Origin: Euprymna scolopes
Lineage: Eukaryota
Strand: one strand, 5' to 3'
DNA: 64,000 nt
Assembly (NCBI GenBank): GCA_053919585.1
Contig: CM132790.1
The notes under the pieces were generated by a model, which was not told the origin of the DNA, made no database searches, and saw only the letters and a program-made list of their open reading frames with translations. Shown one piece after another: positions 1-13,126 of this stretch (its first letter is position 1; each line of letters begins with the position of its first letter). The translations under genes were made by a program, and so were the position numbers.

Positions 1-427
1 TTTTGCGGGCAAATGCTAAACAAAAGAGTGTTCATGTTTCACGAAACAATGTAAGGATATTTGATATAGAAATTGATGAGTAATTAACGACAGTCCCTAA
101 AACGCTGATTATTAATATTAAACCAAAGTCAGTGCATGCCTTTACAAAATACGAACAAAGTACATATATTTTATCTTGAAATTTTAAACGAAAATGTATT
201 TTATCTTAAAATTTTAAACGAAAATTTATTCTCCTTTATTAATAACACAGTTAAAGTAAACGTCATATTTAATGCGAGAATATGTAAAAATACTCATATT
301 ACAACTGTATCTGGAATATAAACACTGTATTAGCTAAAGAGTGTACAGACGAACACGCTAATAACGGTTAAAGTCTATTGTAGGTAAAAGTATAATAAAC
401 TAAAGTGAAGTATATAGACTACTACCG

Positions 428-1950
428 TTTTTTTTCCATTTTTACCCCTAACAAGGCACGGCGTAACTTTGAAGTACTGGGCTACTATCGGGGACATAAG
501 TTGCAGAAGTATTATGAAGGGAATTGAGTAGCAAGATGTCGGTTCACATTACACTTGAACTTCTGCATGTCAGTCCAGTTGGGAAAGCAGAATCCCGGAA
601 GGGAGTTCCAAAGTCTAGCAATTCTGGGGAAGAAATTATTGGAGTAGACGTCTTTCTTACACCTAGGGATCTCTACTGTGAAGGGGTGGGGTTTAGCTGA
701 TTGTCATGTTTGCCGGAGATATTCACGTCGAAAGGGCATAAGTGATTGTAGTTCGTCAAAGCATTAACCATTAACGTACTTGTAGAACAGGCAGAGGGAT
801 GCAACATTTCACTGATGGAACAAGGACTGAAGGCTAGACGACAGTTCAGAACATATCAAACTCGGGGCAGTTTTTTTTTACCCTGTCCAGGAGTGAGAGA
901 CAAGTAGCAGATGCACCAGCCCAAATGTGACAACAATACTCTATACATGGGGAATGGTGACCTTAGAGAGGTGCAGGGTACTTTCAGTAATTTTCTAGCA
1001 CGGTAGAGAGAGCCTATTTTCTGCGCCGCAGCAGCCTTGGGAAAGTTCTCAATGTGTCTATTCCAGTTCATTTTCTTTATAAACGTTAGGCCGAGGAGTT
1101 TAAAGAAAGTGCTTTCGGGTAATGTGTTCCTGGCCATTGCTATTGGTGGCAGTGAAGGATTCTTGTAATTATTGAAGGAAACACGCTTTGTCTTAGCCAT
1201 ATTGAATGTGGCCATCTATGTTTGTCCCCATTCCCCTACGGATTGAACGTTATCCTCTAGTGTGTCTGCCATTTTCTTAGATATGTGTGCATTTGTTTTC
1301 CCCTCTCACCTGTTATAGCAGGTGGTGCCTTCAGCAAATATTCCCATCTCAGAAGCAATTTTATCAGTGAGCTTATTTATGAATATTGTGAATAATAATG
1401 ATCTAAGGATAGAACTCCGAGGAACTCCCGCATTTATATCATATTGTTTAGATGTACAACCGTCGAAGACAACCTGGATTTTATCTTACTTAAGAAGAAT
1501 TTAATTACATTATGTATTCTTCCTGTGATACAATATGATCTAATTTTCCTTAGAAGACCATCGTGCCATACCCTGTCAAAAGCCTTAGATATATCGAGGG
1601 CTACCGCTTTACCTCCCCTGCTTTGTCGAATGGGCGATATATACGCATATTGATTACAGTTAGGATATCTGCTGTGGAATTGGCTTGCCTCAATCCATAA
1701 ATATTGTCACTAAGGAGTTTACAGCTGTAAGGTGCTGGGCTAGAGCTTGATTGATTAAGGGCTCAAATATTTTGGTGAATAGCGCGAGAAGGATAATGGG
1801 GCGATAACTTAATGTATCAGTTTTTTTCGCTGGAATTCTTGAAAATTGGTACCACAGAAGCAGTTTTCCAGCAGTCAGAAAAGCAAGATGCTTCAATGAA
1901 TTAATTGTAAAGTTTGACGAGAACTGGAGCAACCTCAGCAAATTATTTGT
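428..1950 (-). mobile_element. Decayed 5'-truncated CR1-group (L2/Crack/Daphne-like) LINE, family A copy 1
   Basis: Minus-strand fragments SYRPIILLALFTKIFEPLIN, TFNMAKTK, KLLGLTF..MNW..HI and KIGSLYRARK. LDISKAFDRVWH is encoded at about 1565-1600. A-rich tail at about 428-436. The 3' region is shared with the 17.4-kb and 52.2-kb copies. Many stops and frameshifts. Confidence 0.9.
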
Positions 1951-1959
1951 TAATAGAAC

Positions 1960-2947
1960 AGAAAAAGTTATCGAGATTCTTTATGATGTTGATGTCGATA
2001 GGGGAGTGTTATGGAGAGTATAGCTGATGATGTTGTTCAACATATGCAGGATTGGTTAAACAAAGTGTGTTTTGGCATTGTCGTCGATGAGAATTGCGCC
2101 TATTATTTTGACTCATGCGGAAGTTTATTGTTGCCGTAAGTAATGCATTTTGTTGAATGTACATCTCCGCCGTAATAGTTTAGACTGCATTCGAAAAATT
2201 GTAATATATGGGACCGCTTAAAGTTCACCAATCAGGTTTCGTATCCTTCATTATGCAACTGTGGCTAACAAGAGTGTCGTGGCGCTGCCGATTATCTTGA
2301 AGAAACTACTTTCCATCACAAGACACAACACGATCGAGAAACTGGTCGTTCCTGTTGCATACTTGGAGGGGAGATAACACTTCATATCAGCGTTACTGTT
2401 GGCTGTCTTTCATTTCGTGAGGCACCCATTTATCAATTTTTGTTTTTCCAATGTCTACCAAGCGGTTGGAAATCGTTGTATATGTTAGTCCAATTCAGAA
2501 GCAAGTAAGCAACAATTGTGTATGGATTGGCCTTGACGAAGGCAGAAAGTGATCAAGGACAACCTCCGATAGACGACTATTATGCTTAATACTTTACAGA
2601 CTCTCGTCGCTGTCACCAATTTTTTTTTTAAACAACCATTATTTTTTGGGTTCTGTGGTCGTTCCTGAGCTAAACGCTTCGTTTATATCGCAAGTTATTT
2701 TTTTTTTTTTGGCAATTTACCAGATTAGCTTGCAATGAGAGTATCGTACGAATTTGCTTTTAATTTCATCTTGTATTTAACAATTGAAACAGGGAAATAA
2801 TTATTTTAAAAGAAATGTAATCAAAATATTAAACAGAGCAAAAGACTCTCTTTAAAATCATATACAATCATTTGGAAAAAAATTATATCAAAATACCTTA
2901 TTTGAAATCAACATAAAATATTTCGCAATAGATTTCCTGTCAACCTA
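1960..2947 (-). mobile_element. Decayed mariner (Hsmar1/cecropia-like) DNA transposon
   Basis: Minus-strand translations IGKTKIDKWVPHEMK, RNDQFLDRVVSCDGK, GAILIDDNAKTH and KNLDNFF match mariner WVPHEL, D1 (TCDEKW), D2 (HDNARPH) and post-YSPDL motifs. TIR-like cgcaatagatttcctgtcaaccta at about 2924-2947. Confidence 0.85.
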
Positions 2948-2992
2948 CCCTGTATTTCCATGTGCACATACACATACAGATCTATATAGATA

Positions 2993-2997
<5 letters not shown>

Positions 2998-3057
<60 letters not shown>

Positions 3058-3180
3058 TCAAAGGTGTACATGTATATACCACTTTATAATTAAAAATGTA
3101 TATATATATATATAAAGAAATACAGTATATATCTATACATAAAATTTAAAAAATAAATATTATACAACACACACACAAAC

Positions 3181-3245
<65 letters not shown>

Positions 3246-3280
3246 CATACATTTAAAAAGTAAATAGGCACATATATACA

Positions 3281-3355
<75 letters not shown>

Positions 3356-3486
3356 GCATAAATCCATGTAAGAATATCTAGACATTTATACAGATATACA
3401 CACATGTGCATATATGCATATACATATATATTTATAATCATGTTCATATATATATATATATATATAAACATAATTATAAATATATA
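2998..3486. repeat. (TA)n/(CT)n/(CA)n compound microsatellite cluster
   Basis: Directly visible. Other (TA)n tracts lie at about 3719, 8329, 23159, 24106, 25200, 28592, 31762, 32166, 33311, 43163, 43375, 44282, 52837, 53187, 55605, 55933 and 59420. Confidence 0.98.
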
Positions 3487-3666
3487 NNNNNNNNNNNNNN
3501 NNNNNNNNNNNNNNNNNNNNNNNNNNNNNNNNNNNNNNNNNNNNNNNNNNNNNNNNNNNNNNNNNNNNNNNNNNNNNNNNNNNNNNNNNNNNNNNNNNNN
3601 NNNNNNNNNNNNNNNNNNNNNNNNNNNNNNNNNNNNNNNNNNNNNNNNNNNNNNNNNNNNNNNNNN

Positions 3667-3717
3667 AGCTGAAACAATAATGTAACTAAACAGAAAAAAA
3701 CGGTAATAAAAAACAAC

Positions 3718-3720
<3 letters not shown>
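3667..3720 (+). repeat. Partial copy of the 55.8-kb hammerhead fold-back family (3' half; the rest is hidden in an N gap)
   Basis: agctGAAAcaataatGTAactaaacagaaaaaaacggtaataaaaaacaacgta aligns with 55818-55873 (agccGAAAttataatGTAacttaacagaaagatacggtaataaaaaattaaacgca). Confidence 0.85.
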
Positions 3721-3779
<59 letters not shown>

Positions 3780-4959
3780 TTTTGTTTTTTTCAGAGGTTA
3801 AGTAACGAAGCCAGTTTTACGAGATTAATAAACACGCATATAAATACTATTCTTTCTAGTATTCCGTTACCTCTAGCTCAACCTTCCTCTGAATAATTAC
3901 TATTCATTCTTATATCGCAAGTTAGACTCAAATTAGCACCCATATTGAATCTTATTTGCATAAAACAAAATCTTATTGTTCAAAGAATTTGAAAGACACT
4001 CTTGATATTAAATTTCTGTGATAAGGAAAAGCTGATATGTTCATTGCAATATGTCTTTTCTTAAAAGTAGTATCGCCTGAAGTGGTCTTTAGTAAGTGAT
4101 ACACACCTGACCAACACATATTCATCGTGTGTAGCAATATATTAGTGCTTATGAAAATACAAATAAAGGATATGTATATATATATAAATATGTATATATC
4201 TTTATATATATATACGTGATCAGAAAGCTACCTTACTGTACATTAAATTTGTATGTTTTCTACATTCTTTAGTATTGATAGACTAACTACAAGTGAAGGT
4301 CTTCAAAAATGAGAATATTGTGAAACGCATGAAAAAGTTTAATGAAATAAATTACATTTAATATTCATAAACAATTATATTTCTAACAAAGCGTTTTCTT
4401 ATATAGAATTTTAAAACTGTAATGTTATACACCTGGGTAGGTAGCGTAGATGAATGAAAAAGTAAATAAATTGTCTTTAATACATATATTATGATCGTGA
4501 GTGTATTAGAATTAATTTTAATTCGGCTATAGCTTTTCTATGGAAATATCCTCAAAATAAAGTAAAACTATCAGCACCTTTAATGTAAATAACTTGTTAT
4601 AATGCATACAAGTTATCTTCGTTATATCTCTCCTTATGTAATCGTTTCATATGCCAAATAATAATTCTTTAATAATTGTCCGTGAGAAATTATACGTAAG
4701 TAGGGAAAATAATCACTTAACGAGTTAACGAGTTAAAAACGAGGCCAGGAAATCCTCTTGAGATAACACATTTAACAACGTATATTAATTTACATGCTTG
4801 TAATTCGAAAGGAAATTATATGTTTTCACCAGCAAAAGAATTACTCAAAGGGAGGTAATCAACACTAGAAAATATTAACTACTAATATTACTTTTTTTGC
4901 TTGAAAAATAATAATCTCTTTCTTGCATCATACAATTTAATACCGCAGAATGCACTTAC

Positions 4960-4975
4960 CCGTGTGGATGCGCAT
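4960..4975 (-). other. Possible exon end / first coding exon (ATG CGC ATC CAC ACG G|GTAAGT)
   Basis: GC-rich patch in AT-rich DNA, with a consensus donor GG|GTAAGT and an ATG in CCAGCCATG context. No homology support. Confidence 0.2.
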
Positions 4976-7098
4976 GGCTGGCCGCCCTTGGTCTAGTAGT
5001 TATCAGGCGATGAGGGCTCGTATTTCAAAATGAACACATTTACGAGTTAAGTACCTGTTTATTTATAGTCAACCATCTCTGCTACGCAAATTAATTTATG
5101 GGGCAGTATATTATTACGACCATTAAGATATATCCACTCGTCTATGATTTGGGCATAATTTAATTAACTTAGCCGGTAGATCTTTCTTATTTATTCATTT
5201 CTTCTGGGAGACTATTGAGGTTAGGTTAACTCTCCCATTAAGTGTTGAATACTCGAATTTCAATACCAACTATATAATTATAAGTTATGGGCGGCAGTTT
5301 ATTCCAATTACACGCTGCCAATCTCTTTAAATTTATGAAGATATTCTTGCTTAGGCTTACATTGATATACGCCATCTTTCTACAAATCCAACTGATTTCG
5401 GCATGATACATTTCTATAGTTAATATTAAGAAGATTCGACGTTCAACATGATTGATGGAGGATCGCTACTACCTATTTTTTATGATGTTTTTTTTGGCAG
5501 AATATTACTAATTTCCTTTTACTGTCACACAAATCCCGTTTCGTCACTTGATATTTTAAAAAGAAAAGCTGAAATGTCGGAAAAGTTTTTGAATTATTTT
5601 ATCATAATAGTATTCTAATTTTATTTTAATCAGGCACTCGCATTTAGAGTTTCAAAGGTAGGACAATGGATTGCGCTCTTAGATGTTGTGACATGTGGAT
5701 ATTTGTCATAAATAAAGCAACATATATACTCTTGATCACTATTATCGCATGCCTGTAAAATTTCATACACATAATATCTGCATAGATATTATATTTTTAA
5801 AGATTTTAATCCATAAATGCTTCTTTATCAGAGGCGTCCTTTAAATGTGCGCGAACATTGGTAGGAGTATCAGAATTTTTGTAGAAATTTTGACGCCCCT
5901 AACACGAAACTGCGAAGAAAATATTTAAAAAAAACGCGTTATTTCTCTTTTAAAAGTGGGTTGTTTATTTTCTTTATGGATTATACTTCCAAAATAAACT
6001 ATTAAAGTTGTTTTAAAAGTAATAGAAATATTTTTTTTTAAACAGTAATGAATTTTACGAACTCAATATTTTTCAATTTTTAAACTTTAAAAATCTATCA
6101 AAATTTCTTTATTGATTCTATTTTACAATATTTTCAGGGTCAATGTGAAATCCATGCTCTTTCCAATAAACTGAATATAATATTTTAGACAAACGTTTTT
6201 TTTAATTCACGCCCCCTATTAGCAAGTGTCTATTAAAAAGTAAATAATTAATTTACTCACCAAAGTGTTATATATCACAAATTGAGGAAAAAAGGTCAAT
6301 AAATAATATATTCAAATTTAAAACAAAAAAGTAGTGTTTTAAGAAATTTATCTGTAAAGTCCGAAGGTTAAAACCGTTAAAAAACACGTTGTTTGTTTTT
6401 CTTTTTTTTTTTTTAATGAAACCTTGGTACTTGTTCCTTTAATTGTAAAAAAATAGGGCTTGAATAACATTTTTCGAGGAGTTATAAGCTTGGAAAGACG
6501 AGGTGGAATTATTCACTATTTTTCACGAATTTTCTGACACACCTAGAGCATTGGATTGTCTTCCAAAAGAAAACCTTTATAGATGCACTTAATTTAATAA
6601 ACAAAGGATCAGGTTTTAAGGGAGTAACGCTCGAAGAGCTTTGATTTTCAGTTTGGGATATTATTATATTTTACAGGCAAATACATTTTTTAAATTCTCT
6701 TAAGATCATGATACAATATCATTTTTAAGAAATAAATATAGTATCATGTGTTAGGAAATTAAATATTGAACCTAAGAATATTTACGTGTAAAGTAGTTTT
6801 ATATATAAACTTANNNNNNNNNNNNNNNNNNNNNNNNNNNNNNNNNNNNNNNNNNNNNNNNNNNNNNNNNNNNNNNNNNNNNNNNNNNNNNNNNNNNNNN
6901 NNNNNNNNNNNNNNNNNNNNNNNNNNNNNNNNNNNNNNNNNNNNNNTAAAACTTGTAATAATCTCATAATTAGTTCGGCTAATACACACACATATATTTA
7001 TAAATATAAATATATATGTGTTTGTCTGTATGTGCGCGCGTGTGTGTGTAGTATATATATAATCGAAAGATTATGTAAACTACATCTTAAAAAAAATA

Positions 7099-7184
7099 AA
7101 AGAATTCGAGATTTCTCTTAATGCTTGTTTAATAAACTTGAAAAACTTTATTAAACAAGCATTAGGAGAAATCTCGAATCCTTT
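7099..7184. repeat. 38-bp inverted repeat (hairpin) with 10-nt loop
   Basis: 7099-7136 aaagaattcgagatttctcttaatgcttgtttaataaa versus 7147-7184, with 2 mismatches. Confidence 0.92.
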
Positions 7185-8325
7185 AAACTTTAATATACGG
7201 GTGAAACGAAATACAATACTGCTGGGGGTTTTAATATATACATTTACACTTCAGTAAGAAAGGTTTTAGAATGCTTGAAGATTTCTTAAATGCATTCAAC
7301 CTGTGCCTTTTTTCATACACCATTAAATCACAACGAAAAAATGTGACAGCTATAATGTCATCAAATTAAGATTTCTTTGTTATACTAACGGCACTAATCA
7401 CATGGATAAACTTGTCTCGTAAATCGGCCGAAAATATTTCGAACTCAAATGTTCGCTGCATAACACATGTATCCTTTAGGCACAGTAACAATAGTGACGG
7501 CGTTGTGATGACGCTAATGTTGGATCTGTACTTTTTCTTTATTGGTTCTGGTGGGTTTACATAAGTTGCCATTCTTTTGCTATAACCGTACTTGCATGTT
7601 TGTATCGCTAAATCTTTCCTTTCGTCTTAAAATTCATATCAACTACACATATTACTATTTTGATATTTTTCTTTTTTTCTGTATATGTTTTTTGAAAACT
7701 GATTTTAGTTGACGTTGGAATTTTTTCTCTCAGTCCCCCCCCCTGAGAAATCACTCACCAGAAGTAATATCGGCTACAGATAGCTACTTTGAAATAATGG
7801 TCAAGTCGGTAGACCTGCGAACCTAAACACTAGTAAGGTCATATATAACTAGACATACAGCGAGACAGATGGATAGACATGTGCCTCTTATATTTGTATA
7901 AGCAACTAAATTTATGAACCTATCATGACATTAAAGCAATATTTAACCTTAGACTATGGCAGATCGAGAAATGATTTATGTGCTAAAATAACGTGAATGA
8001 CGTTTTTGAATGTACCTTATTGATTTAAATGAACGACACGGGTCGAACTAACAGTAGTCGGTGATCAATCGTGTTCTTTTTAACATGTGTCTTATCATTT
8101 CTACTAAGAAGTCTGCCCATTGCGCGGTCGTCGTGTCTATCAAGTTTTAGCTTGATATAGCATTTGACCGTGTGTCTCGGAGATTTCAGCAACGAATTAT
8201 TATCAATTACATAAGATAGACAGTTGTCCGCTGGATCTATTCTTTATTTTGTCACGCACAGTTTGAAAATCATAATAAGAAATATATGCCCCGGTTCCTC
8301 AATCTGATTTTAAAAAAGAATTATG

Positions 8326-8386
<61 letters not shown>

Positions 8387-8440
8387 CGAAAAAAAAAAAA
8401 AAAAACCCTTCCAGATCTCTTTTCGTTTGTCCTTGTCTTT

Positions 8441-8716
8441 TGGGTCCTGGATATGACCTTAAACTATATCGATGGTGAGAGCCCCAGCTTGCAGGTCTTA
8501 GGGAGTGTCGAGCCACCCTTTAATTGTCATTGCTCCCAGGTCCACTCTGACCCGGAGTGGTAGCACCTGTTAGGGTCCCAACTATGGGTTAAATAGAATA
8601 CGACTTAAAAAACAAATATACCATATTAAAAAATCCTTCTTCAAAATCACGAGATTCGGCATCAAATAACCTGAAAAGGGTTGATATGCCGTAAAACAAA
8701 ACAACCAACCAAACAA
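8441..8716 (+). mobile_element. SINE-like interspersed repeat (resembles an abundant octopod repeat)
   Basis: Core ctcccaggtccactctgacccggagtggtagcacctgttagggtccca is recalled as a very common Octopus repeat. It ends in gttgatatgcc followed by an (AACC)-like simple tail. Recognition is from memory, not a search. Confidence 0.6.
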
Positions 8717-10305
8717 CCTTGTTTTTTGTTCCTCTCGCTTACACTATGTGTAAGTGTAAGTATTACTCTTTTCAGTGCTATTCTCATTTTTTAAATAATG
8801 ACAGATTCAAAGATGTATGATTTCCTCCCTTCAGAACATCTGCCAGTTTACAAAGTTCGTGTGATAGAAAGGTGGAAGGGACAGTGGTTGAAATAGATTA
8901 AAATAAGAACAAAGTCTCTTACAATATACATAAGAGAAAATGAATGTTAAACAGACGTGATATTTGCTGAGTTTATTGCAAACGAATTTACAACGTTTAT
9001 AACACATCTCTATGTTACGACCGAAAATTAAAAAAAATATTATGCTCTTCGTGTTTAAACTATATAGGAATAAGGGAAACCAACGTTGATTTACTCTTAA
9101 TCTGAAGAGAACTATCGCATAGTAAGACCCCCCCCCCCTTAGCAATTTTACTAAAANNNNNNNNNNNNNNNNNNNNNNNNNNNNNNNNNNNNNNNNNNNN
9201 NNNNNNNNNNNNNNNNNNNNNNNNNNNNNNNNNNNNNNNNNNNNNNNNNNNNNNNNNNNNNNNNNNNNNNNNNNNNNNNNNNNNNNAATTATATATTGTA
9301 GTTTTAAATGGTATTTATATTTGGAATAACATTGTTGAATATTCACTGTCACCGTAAGATATTTGACAAAAGTGCAGTATAGTTAATAATGAAAAATAAA
9401 ACCAGGGAGAAAAAACAAAGATATAATACATTGATTTACTTCAAACATAAGATATTGAATTACTTTCGACGTGATATTTTAATACCTTTCGAAACTATGT
9501 TTGTTTATTACAATTTTGTTCACTACTTCCACATAATTACTTTTATGAATTTTTGGGATGATCGAATTCATATTATTTAAATTATTTTTTGTTATTTACA
9601 CAACGGTTCTCTAGATGTAACCTCCAACGTTATTTATATGCATTTTGTCGAACTCGGAAATTTGGGCGGTATTTCGAGGCATATACATTATTTAAGTTAC
9701 GTTCTCGTTCCGTCAGCCATGACATGATAAAGGCTTAATGTAATTCGTAATTGTATTTTTCGGTCGCCCACACGAAAAAATTGAATCTGCAAACTCCAGG
9801 AAAATATAATTTTTACGATAGATTTTTCAAAACAGTCCAGCCACAGATCCTTGCTGACAATGCTACCACAAACTTTATTTTTACTTAGTTGTAAATACCA
9901 TTATTTATTACTTATTATTAGTAAAATATAAATTTGTCATTGTTTCATTTTTACTTTTTTTATGTGTATATTAGTTATTATTTATAATTACAAATATTAG
10001 ATAATATATGCAGTTATAAGAAATAATAACAATAATGTATATACACCCACTATATATATGTGTGTGTGTGCGTGTGTGTGTGTGTGTTATAATACTAATA
10101 AGGAATTAATAGTGATATTTACAATCAGAAAAAATACAAACCCTGTACCAATACGCTCGCAAGGATCCGTAGTGCAGAAGCAGGAGTGCTTTAAAAAAAA
10201 CAATTTTAAACGTGATATTTTCTTGAGAGTTGAAGTTCTAGTCACAATTTTTGCCCCCAAAATACAATTGGGATCCATTTATGACTTCTATCTATTCATG
10301 GCTAA

Positions 10306-10510
10306 TTGAAGGAGAACGATAGAATTTTGTCCCCATACCAGGGTTCGATAGAAACATCCCCGAGTATCAACAAAATATACCTAAGGAAAGCTAGTGGTTA
10401 CATCGACAGAAACATTGTGAAGATGAGAGCAGTAGTCCGGACGATTCAAATAAAGCTTTTGTCAGCTGATTATTTTTTCATAAGGATCATCCACGAATTT
10501 CAGATTTAAA
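10306..10510 (+). mobile_element. Interspersed repeat with eroded hammerhead-like core (PLE-terminus type)
   Basis: cCTAAGGAaagctagtggttacatcgacaGAAAcatt (about 10381-10417) resembles the CTGAGGA-AGGCCG...CGGCC-GAAACGTT motif of a repeat recalled from octopod genomes. Heavily mutated. Confidence 0.45.
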
Positions 10511-13126
10511 ATAACACGAAAAATGAGAAGACTTACACAGAACAAACCAAAAAATATTCTCATTTTTATATTCACTTGACCGTAAACTTATTTTCATTAT
10601 GATTTCACTATACACGACATCATAAACATGAAATAAATAGGGCACATTCTCCTTGACACAATTTCTTAATGAAAGTAGTTAATCACATTTGTATATAATA
10701 TTACTTGCAAAGTGCTTCCAAATGTTTTAACCTAATGTTTCGCTAGAATATTTCATTTTTATTATGTGTTTACATTTATTTGATGTATGTTTCTTTCTTA
10801 CCCATCTCTGTACGGTAGTACACATTTGTTTATATCCTATCCGTTCACATGTCTTCACCGCTTAGGTTTTTTATTTGTTTCGAATAAAAGTGCTTGTTCA
10901 CTTCTGGGTCATCTTCTACATGTTTTAAAATAGCTGGTTAAAAAAAAGAAAAATATGTTACAGAGCGATAATATGATATATTTTTTACTTCAAATTTCAC
11001 AAGTATCTCTGTAATTCGATTGCCCTCTCATTTTTATTCACTGCAATCTGTCTTCTACAGACCTGACGTAGCTAGCCCAAGTATTTTGTATGAATCATAG
11101 CATGTGTTTCTCAGAATTGTCTGATCTATACACTGTTTCCTTCGTTCCAGCTCGTCTTACTCGATGCTCCATTAATTCGTTGTTTACATATATCATTATA
11201 ATACACTTTTAGTACAGTAGCTTCTTCTAATGAACTGCAAGATTGCGCAACTTTCTTTCTGTGCATTGTATTCCTTCTACACACAGCCTTTCTTTTTTTC
11301 TCAAAATGAAGGTCGATAGAAATGTTCTGTCTTTGCAATAATCAACCTTTTCTATTGCCATGACTCATCTGGAGCGATTTCAGAAATAAAGAAACAACGC
11401 TATCAGGTTTTGCTGTATGGATTTTCATACAAACATCCTCGGCTAATGTAAAGTAATTGCACTATATCTTTTAAGTCTTCATTATTCTGCGAAGGTCATC
11501 ACGTTCGTCTCTTATTTCACAGTCGACAGTTTAAGGATGAACAATGCTAATAGTTCACATATAGGTTTTTATGGGGCATTTTTAAGTCACAGCTCATTAT
11601 AATAATATCAGGCCTATGCCTACTAATTTCCCCTGCCGATGTTTTGTAGTTTTTTCAAACGTAAGCACACAAGGTGGAATGCAATATGGTATTCAAAACA
11701 GAGCAGTCCTGTCAACATTTCCAGGGGTACGAACGCCTTCGGCGATTAATAATAGACTAACCACGTCTTTGAGATAATGTCAAGCATGAGAATGTAGACA
11801 ATTTAGAGCAGAGCAGAAACATCTTCAGTCCGTCGGATAAAACCACTGTCATATATAGCATTCAGTTGCCATTCACGAGTTATACAAGGAAACTTTATTT
11901 TTCTATTACCATAAACAGCCTTTCAAGGTGACAGCCCTAAACTAAATCTAAATAATTAAGAAAATGATGATATTTACCGCAATTCAGTTAATTTTGGTAC
12001 ATATACATTTCAGTATATGCACGACATGCTGCTGTGATTTCAAAAAAATAGTGAAAGTCAATCATTGTGGGATGATCATAAGTAACGATATGCACAAATT
12101 TAAATAATTATGACACTTTTCTCTGCTATATTATCGGAGGTTATAACCGTTCACGTCTATAGACATTTCTGGGTGTGTTTTTTTCAATATTATATGTATA
12201 AAAATTACAGGAAAATCTGGAGAAGATGTTTCAGCCTATTCAGAAATACACCAGAAGTTGATATAAAGATCATTAAAGTGTCCTGACATGTCATTATAGA
12301 CAAGCGTGGCCACTCCTTATAGAAAATCAGTAAACTCATCAGTAAAACATTCACAACAAACACTCTTCTAACTATAAAAATTACAACTAGGTATCTAATC
12401 ACTAATCAGAGTTATCATATGTGGGAGACGAAATCTTTGAATGCTTCCCAATTGATTATAATATTATAGTTTTAAAGTTTAATGTAAACCGACTTCATAA
12501 ATTCAATTCTCCCCAATATGACATTGTTACCGATCATCATCATGTCGTATTACTCTAACCCATTTTAACACTTATCCTCGATTAGCTTGCCAGTCTAGAA
12601 AAGGAGGGGAAATCACAGTCAAAACAAATGTTAGACATAGCTCAAAGTTTTTATGCTATATTTGTAGAAAGACATTAGAATTTTATGTAAAATTCAATGC
12701 GTTGCATTTCCTTGAAGTTACTTGTTATTTGGTCAACCTGAAATGCGATTGGTCTGTGTTAGTTTAAACGGTTGCTTTTATATTAATATGATATATTTTT
12801 CTAATGTGTTCGGGCTAAATTCAGAGAAAGATAATATTATCGTTGGAAACGACGTATACGCAAAATATTTCTATAAAAGTTAAACGATTTTGCAGATGTA
12901 GTAATACGTTGCGCGTGATAAAATGTTCAACAGAACACCTGCGTTAGCAATGCACCTAGGTGTTTCAAACGATGAATAAAGAATATGCGGTGCGCAGCCG
13001 ATATAGGTTTAATAGCTACCGCTCGTCTTAGTTTTAGAAAAAATCACTTCACTGAAGGAAAGCGAAATATATTACTTCCAGGTTTATAGCTGGTTTTAAC
13101 TGTATATTATTTTCATAATGTATATA

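Noticed and set aside
167-226. Short two-copy tandem duplications (also about 30331-30392 and 51340-51379)
   Set aside because: Ordinary slippage duplications with no further structure.
3090-3716. IYIYIY, IIII and X-rich ORFs in the ORF track (also elsewhere in the window)
   Set aside because: These are translations of microsatellites or N gaps.
7366-7650. Faint resemblance to a piggyBac transposase C-terminus on the minus strand
   Set aside because: The cysteines are mostly absent and no TTAA/TIR end was found. Too weak to call.
11030-11930. Coding-like decayed stretch on the minus strand
   Set aside because: Multiple stops and no motif I can assign. Possibly an old transposon.
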